Assembly: GCA_040954595.2 (NCBI GenBank) | Contig: CM082578.2 | Location: 14,352,304-14,416,303 of the forward strand | DNA from: Balanoglossus misakiensis | Taxonomy: Eukaryota; Animalia; Hemichordata | Length of the DNA stretch: 64,000 bases | Direction of reading: 5' to 3' | In this document: positions 24,946-39,600 of the stretch, one piece after another | Layout of the letters: each line of letters starts with the position of its first letter | Numbering within the stretch: the first letter of the stretch is position 1 | The notes under the pieces: generated by a model | Databases searched by the model: none | Told to the model about the DNA's origin: nothing | The model's input: only the letters and a program-made list of their open reading frames with translations | Made by a program: the position numbers and the translations under genes

Positions 24946-25024
24946 GATACAGTACAATATAATACAATACAATAAATACAATGGAATGAGACAATAATAA
25001 CAAGCATACAATACAATACAATAA
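24946..25024. repeat. Degenerate (ATACA)n pentanucleotide repeat
   Basis: atacagtacaatataatacaatacaataaatacaat...atacaatacaatacaataa. Confidence 0.7.
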
Positions 25025-28000
25025 CTCTGATGAAATTGACACATCTCATCTATTAATTCGGACCACTTGATGCAATTTATTTGTGAGCAAAAAACCCTAA
25101 TGGATAATTTTGACAAGTGAATGTCCCTGCTGTACGGACTTGTCAAGTTTTTCATCAGAATTAATGAGATCATGCCTTGTCTGCAGGATGGGGGAGATCT
25201 GTTTCTGAAACAAAATCATTATTTAATCCCAAAACAGATCCAGCAAATACTAAATTTTTGTGAAAATTAATTCAAGCCACAGAAAGACTAGATATTTATT
25301 GTTCAAAGAACCTGAGGTATACAATCTTCGCCAGAAGACTGAGGATCGTGCGTGGACAGATTGTCTGGTTCCTGCAGTTATTAACAACTGCCAGAAATTG
25401 AAATACCCTGCAGTAGTCAAGTTTCTGAAGTTGTTGGACAAATGTTGCCTGCAGTACAGTGCCTCCAAATGCCTCCAAAATGCCAGCAGCAGCATTGACG
25501 TCATTCACATCAAAGATCAATGTACAGCCTTGTCTATGCGTGTTATTTTGTTTCATCCTTATTTATTTGGTTCTGCTTTTATTTGGGCTGGGAATTTCAG
25601 CGAAATGTGAGGGAGAATAAGGAGATTTTGTAATACATGTACATACATAGAACAACAATACTGAAAGGTTGTCTCCCTGAAAATTGCTCCTGCAAGTGGA
25701 ATAATGCAATGCTCTTGCTAGTGATACTTTCAAATCTTGTTGAAATTGCAGAAATGCAGGATCAAAAATCGTGAAACAATCAGTTGGCACAAACATGGCA
25801 ATACTGTCCCTATAAATAGATTGGCATGCATAAGGATAGAAGCAATAATCATGTCAAAAGAAAATGAATTCTTGTGACAAACAGTCCCCAGGTTTCCAGG
25901 TCAGCTCCTGGGAAAGCTAAACGTCAAAACTCACAAATTAACTCCAGAAACTTGATTAACCTCACCCTGACTTTTCTGAGAGACCCGGAATGAAGAGATC
26001 TTCCAAGGAGAAACGGACAGGGTGGAAAAAAAATACTTCAATAGGAAAGAGTGGTTACTGGGATACTGGAATTAATACAAGTGTGGATGCTAGATGAGTG
26101 GATGGCTGATTTGACTCCAGGGGTCAAAAGGTCACTCACTCCCCAGGCTTGCCTAATAGCCATAAGCCTCTTAGGAAAATTGCTTGCGTTGGCTTTCATT
26201 CTGTTAAGATTTATATAGTTAGCAAGCATCTCAAGAGTCGTATGCTACTTAGATTGGTGGTATCTGTCTCAAAGTAATTAGAGAAAGGGGATTTCCTGCC
26301 TTCAGCCACGATGATGAGGCTGATAGAGAGAACACATGTGTCCAGAGAAAAAGGCTGAGATTGCAACTCTCATACCACTCTCCAACATCTTGTATTTGTA
26401 ATCCATACATATATCAAGTCTTCTATTTCTTGCTTTGTAATGTAGTGGTGTCTGAGGAGCCTATTTTGCCCACCAGGTTTTTCATGTCGCATCAGTTGAT
26501 TATGAAGGTCTTAACCTCGGGGTACTGTTTTTAGATCCTCACTCGAGAGTTGGCTTCTGTTTGTCTGTGCAAAAATATCACATTTCGTGACTGCGGAATA
26601 TGTCACTTCAATATAGTATAGTATACGTGTAGACACCCTCTGAATTTATTGCATTGAACATTTAATATACAAGCGCATTTTCGTATTCATAAATTCCAGC
26701 AATTAGTTAATGTGTTCTGGACGATTTGACATTCCTTGATCTTATCTAAAGATGGATTGATATATTCCCAGTTTATGGATTATAGGATATCTTTCATTCA
26801 TGGTCATGACTAATTTTCTATATTTAGTAAATTACTTTTACAGCATAAAGTGAATCTGATTGGTCGAACTTGAAGTGCTTTAAATATTCATAAAGCTTGC
26901 AATCTATTGGTTACTTGACTTGTCTTTGGTATAAATGACTTATTTGCATATATTGGAAATGTCATTTATATGTGTTTATTTTAATATTGGAAATTTAACA
27001 TGGGTTAAAATCTTGTCGAAAGGAGTGCTCCTTTGCAATATTTGATTGAGTAAGCCATGGGTTTAATTTAAAATATTCTTGACAGGTGAAGAGACAAAAA
27101 TCTACCCAACCAGCAAAAATGCAATCAAGTAATATATCACTTTTTGCGCACACTCAGCTGTTGACATGGCATTTCTGGTACTCAGATATTAGTTAATTTC
27201 AGAAGAGCTTGATAATTTTCGTCACTCAAAACTGTTTAAAAATTAACAAAACTAAAAGACCGTTCTTTGTGTTTTCTGTCTTGGTGCGCTGCCAACTGCG
27301 TAATATCGACCGATAAATGCGGGCCTCTGGTTCTTCTGACAGCTATTTTTATCAGGTTTAAACGCACACAGAATAAACACAGATCCGAAACATTAGTACA
27401 CGTCTTTGTGTTCATGTGTGGTGTGTATGTGTGGTCTAAGAATAGAGTCATTTAATATCACCCAGTTATTCGTTCTCAGAAATTTATTGATTCAAAAAAA
27501 TTGATCAAAATGTCACTTGCGCATCATTGCGAGATTCGGTGTCAATTGAAAGGGATGAATTTACTTTTTGAAGCACCACATAAAACAGCGCTTCTGTCGC
27601 ACTTTATTGTGCCTGTGAATGTGTTCCACAATAAATACCATATGCTGGTCATTTTTGGCCCAAATTATTTAACGGTTGGAAAATATACTTATTGAGCATG
27701 TACATGTATGTTACCTGAGATGAATGTTGGGTATACATGTAACTTGTAAGATATTTATTATTTATTCAAAAAAAGAATACAGAGATCCAGGGATACAGTG
27801 TATGTAATCCTACAGGTTTAGTCCGAAGGTACACATGTAAATTTAATCGTATAGCCACATGTTAAATTTAGAAATTTGCAGTGAGCATAATATGCAGGGA
27901 CTCACATTACACACTGTACGTCATATACAAAGGAGTAACAGCACCCTGTTTCATTGGAAGATGATTCTGAAATGTGGTGAAGCTCTTGGTCAATAGAGGG

Positions 28001-31000
28001 AAATGTGTAAAATGCTTTCTCAAATTTCATTTTTGTCATGGAATACAGTCTGTGGAAATTGTGCTGAATTCTGTGTGCACAGCGATGCCTGTATTAAGGT
28101 TGCCACCTCAGCGTTTAATGTGGAGAATAAATGTGATTATAAATAGTCACGGTATTTCATTACGATTTTTGTTTATTGCACTATTTTTGACATGGAAACG
28201 TGTCTGCACATGACGTCTTGTGGCAGAGGAACTTTTGTTGAAAAAGCAGAAGTGGAATATAATAGTATTGGTGCACAGTTCATGATAATCTATATAAAAT
28301 ACGTTGCTTCTCTATACATGCAAGGGGTCACAACTTTTTCATTTTCAAGGGGTTTGTACATTGAATTATAATTTGTAACTTTTCCTCCTCCCAAAAGTCT
28401 CTTAAATTGCAAACACATGTATTGTCATAAAAAAGCAAAACCAGAATTATAATGGATTGGGACAAATTGTGACTGATGATAATAACATGTAATAATCGCA
28501 TATAAACACAAAGACTGCTAACTTGCAAAGAACGCTGGATTCTGAAAATGATTGTGTGGCAGGTTGAGGCACTCCTGTGCAGTCACAATGTCTGATCAAC
28601 AACACATCGACTCAAGAGGTAACAAGAGGTGATTTGATGTCAGTACAGAATCCCATTAAAGTACTTGTCGCCATGGCATAGGTGTAAATATTTTTTACAA
28701 GCTGTCTCCAGAACTGTGGTGTTGTCACAGAAGTGTTCAATGCCCCCTCCTTTTGTGCAGTTTTTACGTTCTGTGTTACTGGTCTGTTGACAATGATACG
28801 TCTGGGCTATTAAGCAACCCATAATTGTTGATTTCCTTTCAGCATGTCTCATAATGACTGCTGGCTGTGCCATTTTCATCTGGCATTCCATCAATGCATA
28901 CTTGTACATCTATTCCGAAGTTAGGTATCTGCGGCAGCCATTCTTTATTCTGTGATGAAAAAAATGCCTTCTATTTTGAAAGCGCGTTTGCAGCAGAGTT
29001 GATAGTGCAGCTGTGAGCCCATTAGAGCCTTGGGGTGATGTGTGAGTGAACCAGGTACTTTTCGTGGATCATCAAATGCATCAAAATTGGATGCAGGATC
29101 AGTCTCAGGTGCATACATGTACCAAAGGGTATCTCACTACAGATCTGGGGTCTGTTTGGAATCTCTCAAAGCCCTCCCCTCGCCAGCTACGCCAGCTTTT
29201 CCTTTGATTGAATGTACAGGCACAACGCTTTAGCAAAAATAGGCTGCCAAGTTAGGGAGGAGATTCACCTCACTACATGTATCTGTTTTACTCTGTATAC
29301 TCTATATGACAGGGAACTAGTCCAGTCTAGCAATTAAACAAGAGGGAGTGAGAGTCTCAACATAGTTCTACTGTAGTGTCCATATAGCAGACAATGTTTA
29401 CAAACAGAAAAACAGTACAATAAAACCTGTCTAAACCGACCATCAAAAGAAGAAATTTTGCGGTTTGCAGAGGTATCCGATCTGGTTCTCGTCATATTTT
29501 GGCCGCATCCATGTACTGCATACTGATTGCACATCAGTTTCACGTAATTGGATGCATGCTCGCAGACTTTCTCTGCTTGGAATTGCAGGCACATTCTGTG
29601 ATATCCAGGTAGCATTGAACCTTGCCAATCCCGCAAGAAAGCTTCCAGAAAGCTTCCAGGAATTTGATGAAACAGCTTATACAGTGCAGTTAAAGTCAGA
29701 TGGTAAACAAAGCATTCCAAATGAAGAGTCAATTAAATTTAAGTATGCATTTAGAATTTGTAGATATTCTGTAACCTTCATTGTGTGGTATTGACAGTAA
29801 AAATATTATCTATTAAATATATGTTATGGATCGACAGGCTTATTATTTCAATTTTAACTTTCAAAGCTTTGAAGATGATGTGAGGTCATGGCCTTATGTT
29901 ATTAAAGAATGTTGCTCTTTGAAGATATCTGTCCTACAGTATGCAATGTTTAATGGTCATTCTCCAACTATTTGCATTGCGTGTATGAGTGGTCTTTGCC
30001 AAGAAAGCAGTAATACTAATAGTCTGAGTTGAATGTCTCCCAATGAGATGACAGTCTTTTGCTCAACGGATTGTTTGGCATGCGCTGAGCACCAACCGTG
30101 TGTTTTCGCCAAGATTTATTTTGAAAAATGGAGAAGTGAAGTGATGGTGATGTATTATAGTTTCTATACAGATTAACTTGACATGCTGATTGGGAACTGG
30201 TGTACAATAATATATTCTGTAACAAGTACCATGAAACTCCAAGTTCTCTTGAGCTCTATAGGAGATTGTCAATCAAATATTTGGGAAACAAAACAAGCCA
30301 AAGAATGATAAAAATATATTTTTTGAAATGGTAAATGGCTGTCAAACAAGTGTAATTGGGTACTGGTATATTACACTGGGTGACGTAGCTATGAAGTGAT
30401 AGTGAAAAATTGAATGTCTGGAGCTTTTAAACTGTCATCATGTACAGGAAATGTTCAGCATTTAAAGTAAGGAGTATTCAGGATTCTGTCAAAAGCAATT
30501 TATAACAACAAAACACAGGACAGTGAAAACAAAAACGTACATCTGTCAAAAGACAAACAAGTTAATTGCCTCACTGGCTTCAGGGTCTCTTGCAATTAGC
30601 ATCTGTACTAGGTTACATCATTGAGATGTATTAATTATTCTGATGCTGTCGCCCGTTTCCCAATATCAAACATTCCAAAGAAATAGCTCTTTTTTTCCAA
30701 AAATTACATGTAGCTGTGGGAGTGTATTGTGCTTTCTGGCCTCAACTGTCAACTGCATGAATTATGTGTGTTTATCTACTACTCTTATTATATGTGCAGT
30801 TGAATTTTTATACTCTTCCCATAATATGTATTTCACTTCTGTTTGTTTCACTTCAGTGAAGTAGATTTGAAATTTTATCCTGACTATACTGGCTCAGAAT
30901 TTTCCCTTGTGTGATTAAATGCATCTAATGTGTGTATTCTAAGTCCAAATTTCAGAAGGTCATCACTGGCTATCCATCAGCAAATTTCCCCACTATCTTC

Positions 31001-34000
31001 TGTGGTCGTGAATGTTTGTTGGTGGTTGCCACCAGGACATGAACCCCTCCACATGACTCATCAGGTCGTCAGCTAACGAGCGGTCTCTTGTTGTCCTCAA
31101 ATTCTCCAGGGATGTTGTCGAAACAATGTGATGAGGCAAACCAGTCATGTGTATAGTGATGGCACCCAATGAATAGACTTCAGTGATGAGCTGCAGTCCT
31201 AGTGCGGCAGTCATATGTACGCAGAAGACATTTTTTGTACTGGAGATGGCAGGGCCTGTTTGTCGTATGGAAATGTTAAGTGCCCCATAAGAAAGTTGAT
31301 TGATCAATCCTCATAAAAGAAATGAAGTGAATGTTCAAATAAATGAAAAAGTTTAAGCCGGCTGATGCCAATAAATGTAACTGGTTTCGGCATTGCCAAA
31401 ATAAACAGAGCTTTTAAATGTTTAATGGCCGAGCCAGCCAGTTTATTCTTGGCTGAGTTCTGGCACGTGGTTTGTAAGTTAGTTATGGGTTTGTTGGGTT
31501 GTCTCTCCGAGGACAATTTTGTGGATGTGCTGCGTACGTGTTTCAGGCTTTTATTTCCAGTTTTATGCTCATGTATTACTTCATGTAAGTTATTATCTGC
31601 CATGTTTTATCAGCGTGGGCATCTTTTGATGACATTGAAAGTAATTTTCATCAATTTGATCCCATTAGTGTCATGGATGCAGCTAGAGACAAGTTCTCAG
31701 TGTCTGTTCGTTTTATCATCTTCTCAACAGCGTCTTTTTAGAGCCATTAATGTGTACTGACGCTGTTCAATGTAGAGCATTAAATTTTGAACAGTTCATG
31801 GACACCTATATAATGTGGACACTTGGGTATTATGGACAGACTTTTCTTTAAGCAAATTGAACAAAACTGTAACCGTCTACCTAGCATGCGTTTGGAGTTC
31901 CCAAAAGTGAAGCGTATGACATTTAAGAATGAATTGGACTGTTGTTTGAAACAGGTATATTGACAGGTGATGTGTTCAAGGAAAAAGAAAGTGCATTTCT
32001 GAGTGTGTGAGTAATGATTTCTCGGAGTGTGTTCAAGTTTGCATTCAGATATCAGCACTTAAAATGTCACGTCGTTCGGGGAAACAAGTCGGTGGCACCA
32101 TCACCCCTCTGGGAGATCTGCTACACCAGTATGCAATTTCCTCTGTTTTCACTTGTTTCCATGTGATTGTAGACAGTTGTGAATGATTGTGAACGGCATT
32201 ATTAAGAGGAACAAATGCCCACGTTTATTGCTAGCAACCGCTTGAATATATATCAGTGTAGTTCCAGTAGGTGCTTAGTATTCTACATCCACTATGCCCC
32301 CAAAGAGAAGGTTGTGTCTTTAATATTAATGTCTTGTGCATAATACAGCAGAGTGCACCTGCAGTGCCAGGGGGGAGGATGCAGGGACTCCTAGATTCTT
32401 GGCCGAGTGCTGACATGTCAGACACGGTTACTCAAGTGAGTACATGTATGCAATGCTAATATGTGCTGAGATCTCTGTCAGCTGCTGTGACATCCTTGTG
32501 TATTTCAGCAAACTCTCATGTCGCCCCTTGGTCTCAGCATACACAAGTTCAAGAGTCAAGGTGCAGATGAGCAGAGAATAGTGTTTGATCATCCGTCGTA
32601 CATGATATGAGGAAATTTTATCTGTCTTAGAATAACCTTGGAAACCATTGAATTTTTTTTACCTGTTTCGAATCTGACATGCCTGTTCGAGACAGTAATG
32701 TTATGAAATTACATCAGAACTTTTCTGAAGAAGCTCGATTTCAATGACACAAAGGGAGAGGTTCCATAGGTTAAGACTCACAGCATGTTCATGTTCTTGT
32801 CTTATCGACGTTTCAAAGGGAAACAATTTCAATTTCATCCTCAGTACATGTATATTCTTCAAAATTAAATTAAGCTGCGGCTGTGTATTGAAACACAATT
32901 TCAGATTGAATCAATACTCTGTATCATGTGACAGAAAGACTCTTTTTACAAGCCTGTTTACTTTAATCAGCTATCTTGCAAAGCCATTATGAGGGAGAGT
33001 GCATGGCTTTGGAACTGTGACTGTGACAGTTACAGGGACTATTTCTGCTCATCTGCATTTAACGTTTTGTGTGCACTCCACCAGTGCTGGCCAGGAATCT
33101 GACAAAAGTCTCAATTAGAAACTCAGACCGATTTATCTAGAGTTGTTGGAGACATGCACGTTCTAACCTATTATTGACCCCAAATACGGTTGTTAAGTAC
33201 AGTTTTTTAGCCACATTCTTTGATTATCTCGGTGACTGGCAGGTTTGACAACTGTCTGGGCTACTGCCATGCAAGTATCATTTTATTACAGTCAGCATAG
33301 TGCAGCAACGACTTGAAAAAATCAGGCACATTAGCATAGATGTGCCAATGTCCTACCAGTAGACTTTTCACACAATTAACTGTCATCATTTGCTCTGCAC
33401 TTTTTCCTCATATGCTAGCATTTTTAGCAATTCAAAAGTTTGTGAAATTGGCTCATATGCGTGCAATTGGCATGCGTCTTCTTGCACTAGCATTGTGTAT
33501 TCCGAAGGGGGGGCGGGAGGGAAGAGAGATGAGGTCTCGGCGGATGCACTTGATAATGGGTATAGCGAGACACGACTGGCATCTGTGGAACTCTGCATCT
33601 CATGTTCAAAGTATTTTCAAGACACTCAGTTAAGTTTAATTGACCGTGGGTATTTATACTTACCTGATCGAGTACCATTGCGCTATTCTGACTGGAATTA
33701 GTAACACATGTTTCCTCCTTAGACTCAAAGTCAGGCAGCTGCCGTCGTTTTGAGTCAAGAAGTGCAGTCTTGATCATTGAATGTTCATTTCAGTATTCAG
33801 GTGACAGCGTAGTAGCAGACAGCATACCCTCACAAAGCATTGTACTAGCTGACTTTTATGAATTAATTGTAGAGTCTTTAATCATGACGGGTTGAATTTT
33901 ATATACAGAGACAATGTGGAATTTTAAAATTACACAATATATTGTGTAATATAAAGAATTAACATAATTCATTGCCATTCTTGTGAAATGTACATATATG

Positions 34001-36610
34001 TATGACCAGCTTAATTGAGTTGGGGACCACGTTTTTTCACTGACCGAAATTAACATTTCTTTGGCACATCTTCATAGTTGTGTTGCTGTTTAATAGGAGG
34101 CCTGCAGCTGCTGTCATTCCTTTGCCTTATTTGAGAGAAACGTTTTTCCCACCAAGTGGAAGGTACAAGTTATGGCAGATGGGCATGCTGAACATTCATA
34201 ATGTATGCCTTCCATGTGAGGAATCTCTCTGCAATTGCGTCATTACTCCTGTATGGACCCTCATTATTCCTGGTCATTTTGGCCATTTGGCCATGTCTGT
34301 TTGAACCCTTCTGTGCAATTTATGAGACCTACTTTACCACGCACTTAAAGTTGTGTGGGTTCAGGGTGATCAAACTGGGCCGGCCGATGTGACATGACAT
34401 GTCCCTGTTCGCATGCAATAACTGTGACCATACCCATCCATATTCCAAAAAGTCCTAGGTCAAACATCATGTATAGACAAACTAAAAACTGCACAGCACA
34501 ATACATGAAGTGTCCCTGCAAAAATCACCCACCGAACTTCACATTTGGTACAGAATAGACAGAAGGTAGGCTAAATTTCCCAAGTGATGTCCAACTCGTA
34601 ATGTCTACTGGGACTCTAAAAATAGACTGCTGGATAAGCAGCTTAATCTCTGAGGATTTCCAAAGCTTCTTCATCGTCATCATCGAAATTGCTGATCCTT
34701 CAATTACCCAAAGCTACCAGGAGTGTGCATACCACTAGTGTTATAAATCAATCTAATACTGCAATTATCATGGAGGCCATTAAAATTGCTGCTACGATGG
34801 TGATGTCAGTCTGTGAGATTTATTTGCTGAGCCCCCTCTCATGGAAAAAACATCTTTGTCAGGACATACATGTGCCGTACAACCCGTAGTTCTTGAGATG
34901 AAACCTTTCCTGTGTGGGTCTCGGGACTATATACCCTGTGTGCAAGAGTGTGTGGACTCCTTGAAAAATGTTATTCCAAACACAAACATTCGTCTCGGCT
35001 GCAACATGACATAGACGTCACACTGTCTGAGATTCCAAGTTCCCAAGCTGTAAGCTTATTATATACTGTGAGCACAACTGCATTCAGAGGCCTGGCAGTC
35101 AAACAGCACTCACAATACTCTTGAAAGACAACAGTGGTGTATTCCTGGAACGACTTCAGGATTGTTTAACAGTTCTCATAAAATGTGCCCAAGTGGCCAA
35201 TAGTGCTGTTTTTAATGCCCAGTGTTTTATGCACACTCAATTAAGATATGAAGTGAATGGAATTTAAACAGGCACTTCTCTTTTACTTTATTCATGCGGT
35301 ACGAATTAATATTTTATGAAGTGGGAATCCATATTCTCTGCCCATACCTCGTGCCACCTATTATTGATGTTGTACATGTACATGTACAATCAGTGAAGTT
35401 GAAAGTTATGTAATTTCTTTGAATTGCATTTTGTTTTAATTCTCCTGTGTATGTTTTTCTAAAACCCATATTAAAAATAGGGGTCATCATGCTAATTTAT
35501 AATATTTCAGGGCCATGAATTGAACTGATGAATAAAAAATGGCAAGTTAGCATTTTTCACCAATATTTTTTAAACTGGCAAAAATACTTTCCACTCATTT
35601 CGTTTTTTAATCTCAGTATTAAAGACATGGCGATAGTAACATTTTATTTAACCACCGTTTCACTTGCGCAAAATTTCTGGAAAATGACACAGTTTTAAAT
35701 TTTGCTAATGGGGTGCTGTGACCACTGTAATGTGAACTTTCAGTTTCCATACAAAATGTACGTACATGTGTCTAAGAGATATTTGGGTCTGTAACCAATC
35801 CAGCTCTCACCATTATCAACAAAAAAGTCTGAAAAGTGCATGCAGGTAGTACAAAATCAACATCGAAGTGACCTTTAAGATGAATTCAAATGATTTCTTT
35901 TCTTTGATATTGTTTGTTGTATATGCTGAAGTTTTATTTCACAATGATAACAGTCATATTTCATGTTATCCATGAAAGCATCAGGGATATACTTCTATCC
36001 ATGATGGATTTTACTGAGTCATATCTCAGACAGAGAAATGGCAAAATTAATAACAACATCAGCAGAGCTTGTCATGGTAACTTGCTGTATATGTTTCAAT
36101 TCAGATCCGCACAACATTGAGTCCAGGCCTAATCTTCAGTTGATTTATGTTTGCTCGTTTACTTGAAGTTTTCTCCATTAATCTGTCTGTGTGCAAGATG
36201 TATTCAGCAAAGCCATCTACAAGGAGAGATGTCCATAGACATCCATCACAAACTTTTATCATGATGTTTCATGAGTACCCGAATGTGGTATCTTTTTGTT
36301 TGCCAGAGAAGTGTAGTACTTAACATTTATCTAAGAGATCTATCTTCAAGGATACAAGGTTTTTTAAAGTGCATCCTTATTTTGGAGACTCACCCATTTG
36401 TGAAATGTTGACATGCACTGCCAGTCAGAAAATCTTAGCAGTTCATTTGCATATTTATTTTTCAAAATTAATATGCACTCTATAGCCATTGCTAAAAAAG
36501 GACATCGTTCCTGAATAACTATTGCGTGATTTGCATGTTTAAAAGACATCTTACTGAATACAGATAAAAAATTCTAATTTACAGTACATGATCGTCATAT
36601 TTGATCAAAA

Positions 36611-36647
<37 letters not shown>

Positions 36648-36657
36648 GTGATGATGG
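36611..36657. repeat. (GAT)n microsatellite
   Basis: Twelve perfect GAT units plus a degenerate tail. Confidence 0.95.
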
Positions 36658-39600
36658 AGAAATATATTGCCAGTTTTCAAAAGTAAAGACCTTGTAAAAT
36701 AATTGTTTTAATTGGGCATACCTGGAATAGTAATTTGCCTGCTTGCTGTGGACAATACAATAAAATAGTAAGGAAATGGATATGTTTTCTCTGGGAATGA
36801 ATACCAACTTCACAACAGATTTTGAATGGATAGTGGGTTTAAAATGATCAGTATGTGACACGGGAGTTGTAAATTGATCGATAGTTGTAATGGAAAAATA
36901 AGCAAATAATAAAAGATACACGTATCACGTTTCTGTTTCCATATAGAGCTTAGTGAGAGTATCATTTCCTTTGTTGTAGTGCCTTTTCTCTTTCCTCACT
37001 CTTGCTTAAATCCCAACGGTTTGCACTTTAGTGTGTAAACGTACTGGGAAAATGTATTACGGAATGAATATCGTGCATGCCTGCAGTCTTCAATAGCTTT
37101 TATAGTGTTTTTATGTTTTTAAAGATATTTGTAGACAGTGATGCTGAAGCAAAATTGATATTGGGTTTCAAGTACTTATATAAGCACAGAAATTATACAA
37201 TGTAGAACTTGCATGTATGAATTTGGAAAAAAATATGGAAAAGATATATTGTACATTTCTTGGGAATTTTGATAATATCTCCAGTGTAGTTTGCTTGTAA
37301 TATGTGTGAGTGAAGTGTAAAGGTAATTATGTACTGGATAAGCTATTATTTACATCAGTTTCGGCCAATTTTACAACAAGCATTTACAGCCAAGATCCAT
37401 CAGAATGATTAAAACAAATTATGTATATTTCTAATTATGTATACAAAACAGGTTTAGCTGATTTGCATTCTATGAATTATTCAATGCACATAAACTCAAA
37501 TTGAAAACTAAAGACCAGTACCTTGTCATGTATGCAGCCTGTGTAACTGTGTATCTGGAACAAATTGCTTTAATTTCGCATTTGTTCATTATGTATTCAT
37601 TCAGACATTTAAGATGTTGAATCCTTAATGCCATGTTAAATTGATGTGTGCAGGCCAGTTCCAAGTAAAATGGTAATACTTTTGGATTTTGTTGATACAA
37701 TTATCACACAAAAATTGGGGAGACAGCTGGTAGTTTCTTGTGATACACTGCGCCATATGAGCAAGTTTAACATGACCTTGAAGGACATTTTTGGGGATGG
37801 AGTGGTTTTCTCTTATAAAGTGATAGCCAAGTTTGCACGCAATAGGTGATGAGAGATGTAGGCTGTAAACAAGATATTACTTGACTTACATGTTTGCCAA
37901 GTAATGCTAGGAAAAAATCCTATGTATCTTTTCTGCTTTTGCATCATTGTTTTCACCCACTTTACTGACTGAATGGCATGTCATGATGCTTGACTAGCGA
38001 AACACAAACATTTCGTATTATCCAGCTTGGCTGCAATTCCCCAGCTCTCTCTCCGAGCTCTGCAATTAATATGCCTATATAGGCACACATCAAAGCAGCC
38101 ATGAACACAGATACCACACCAAGTTTGAACTTTACATTGTATGACATGTGAATCATAATTGATAATACGTGTGCAGTCATGCAGAAATGGCGATATTTAT
38201 TTACGATGCAACTGATACGGGCACATTGAAATTTGCCACCAAGTGGTGGCATAACCAAGGAGGAACTACGTGTATATGTAGCAACAGTAATGAGCACAGG
38301 TGTCATGCTTCGCAGAGTTTTGTGAATTCCTAAAAATACTCTTTATATATTTTTTGAGGTAAATGTGGGAAAGTTCATGGTGTAGTGTATGTACCTGTAT
38401 GTATCCTATGAATGATAAAATTCTGTGGTTGCATTTATCCTGTTGGATGATGTATATTTTCTGCAGGTTTTCTGATGACTTGTTTGATATGCGAAAAAGA
38501 ATGGGAGTACATGGGATGTGCAGTGTCCAAGTAGGCGTAATCTGAGGAAAAGAGATTTGAGTGAGCATGGCACAGTGAACAGAATTCTTGCTTATAAGAC
38601 GGCTGAGTAGGCAATTGTACGGAAAGACCAGTGACGCCCAAATGGCATTTAAAAACGAAATGAAGCAAAACACTCTCGTGACGAACTTATTGCGCTATAA
38701 TATCAGAAAAAGTGCAGCGACAGGAAGTTCACTGCAGATTATGGACCTTTCATATTGCAGTGGTAATTATCATAAAAGCTGTTATGGACTATTTTCTAGG
38801 CTCATAAAACAAACATGGTTAGCTGCTGGACTCATGATTTCACCTACATGTAAGCCTAATCCAGGAAAAAAATTAACAGCTTTACCTAATAGATCAATTG
38901 AAAATTCTCTCAGACTGTTGCCGAAATCTGTACTGGTCAGTTAAACTGCCTGTCAGCTTTTAGTTGTGTATATTTGCTTGTAAAAGAATTTAATACAATT
39001 TTAACAATTTTACAGGCTTCCTGATATTTATTTATCAAAATTTACCATACAAATAATGATAATGACTACAAATATTTGATCAGAATCAAACTGGGAGTTG
39101 AGAATCTTCTAGAGAGAGGAGAAAAATTCAACCAGAAATTGAGAAATGGCAAAGTTTCATCAAAGGCATCATATGTAACATCAGAACAAAAACAAACAGT
39201 ATACTCAGTAGTTAACCCTGTTTGGAAAGGTCTGTCCATCACGGTATGGTATTTACACAGAGTTCACCTGCAGATAGGACTTTTTTCCCCAGAAATGAGA
39301 TTTTTTTCCCCAGTGTTTTGAATTTTATTATTCACTTTGTCATTTGATTCTCTGGATACCACATGTGTGTTTGGTGATAATAAAAGATAATGACAGATTG
39401 ACAGATGTGATCATGATGTGCAGCTGGTGTGACAATGCAAAACTCTTTGTTGTCGGTTAGGCGTGCGTCAGCCAGCACAGGTTGCAAATTCATCCTGTCC
39501 AAAAGGTCCAACTGATGCAAGGTGTCATGTATTATTAGTATTCATTTATGGCAAGTGTAAATAATGACTCATTATGAATGGTAAATATTCATAAACCCTG

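Noticed and set aside
24925-24960. Minus-strand 9-nt microexon-like signal (tgtatcag|ACGAAGTCC|gtaagc) suggesting a nested antisense gene
   Set aside because: The acceptor tract is just the (TATTG)n repeat, and I found no partner minus-strand exons.
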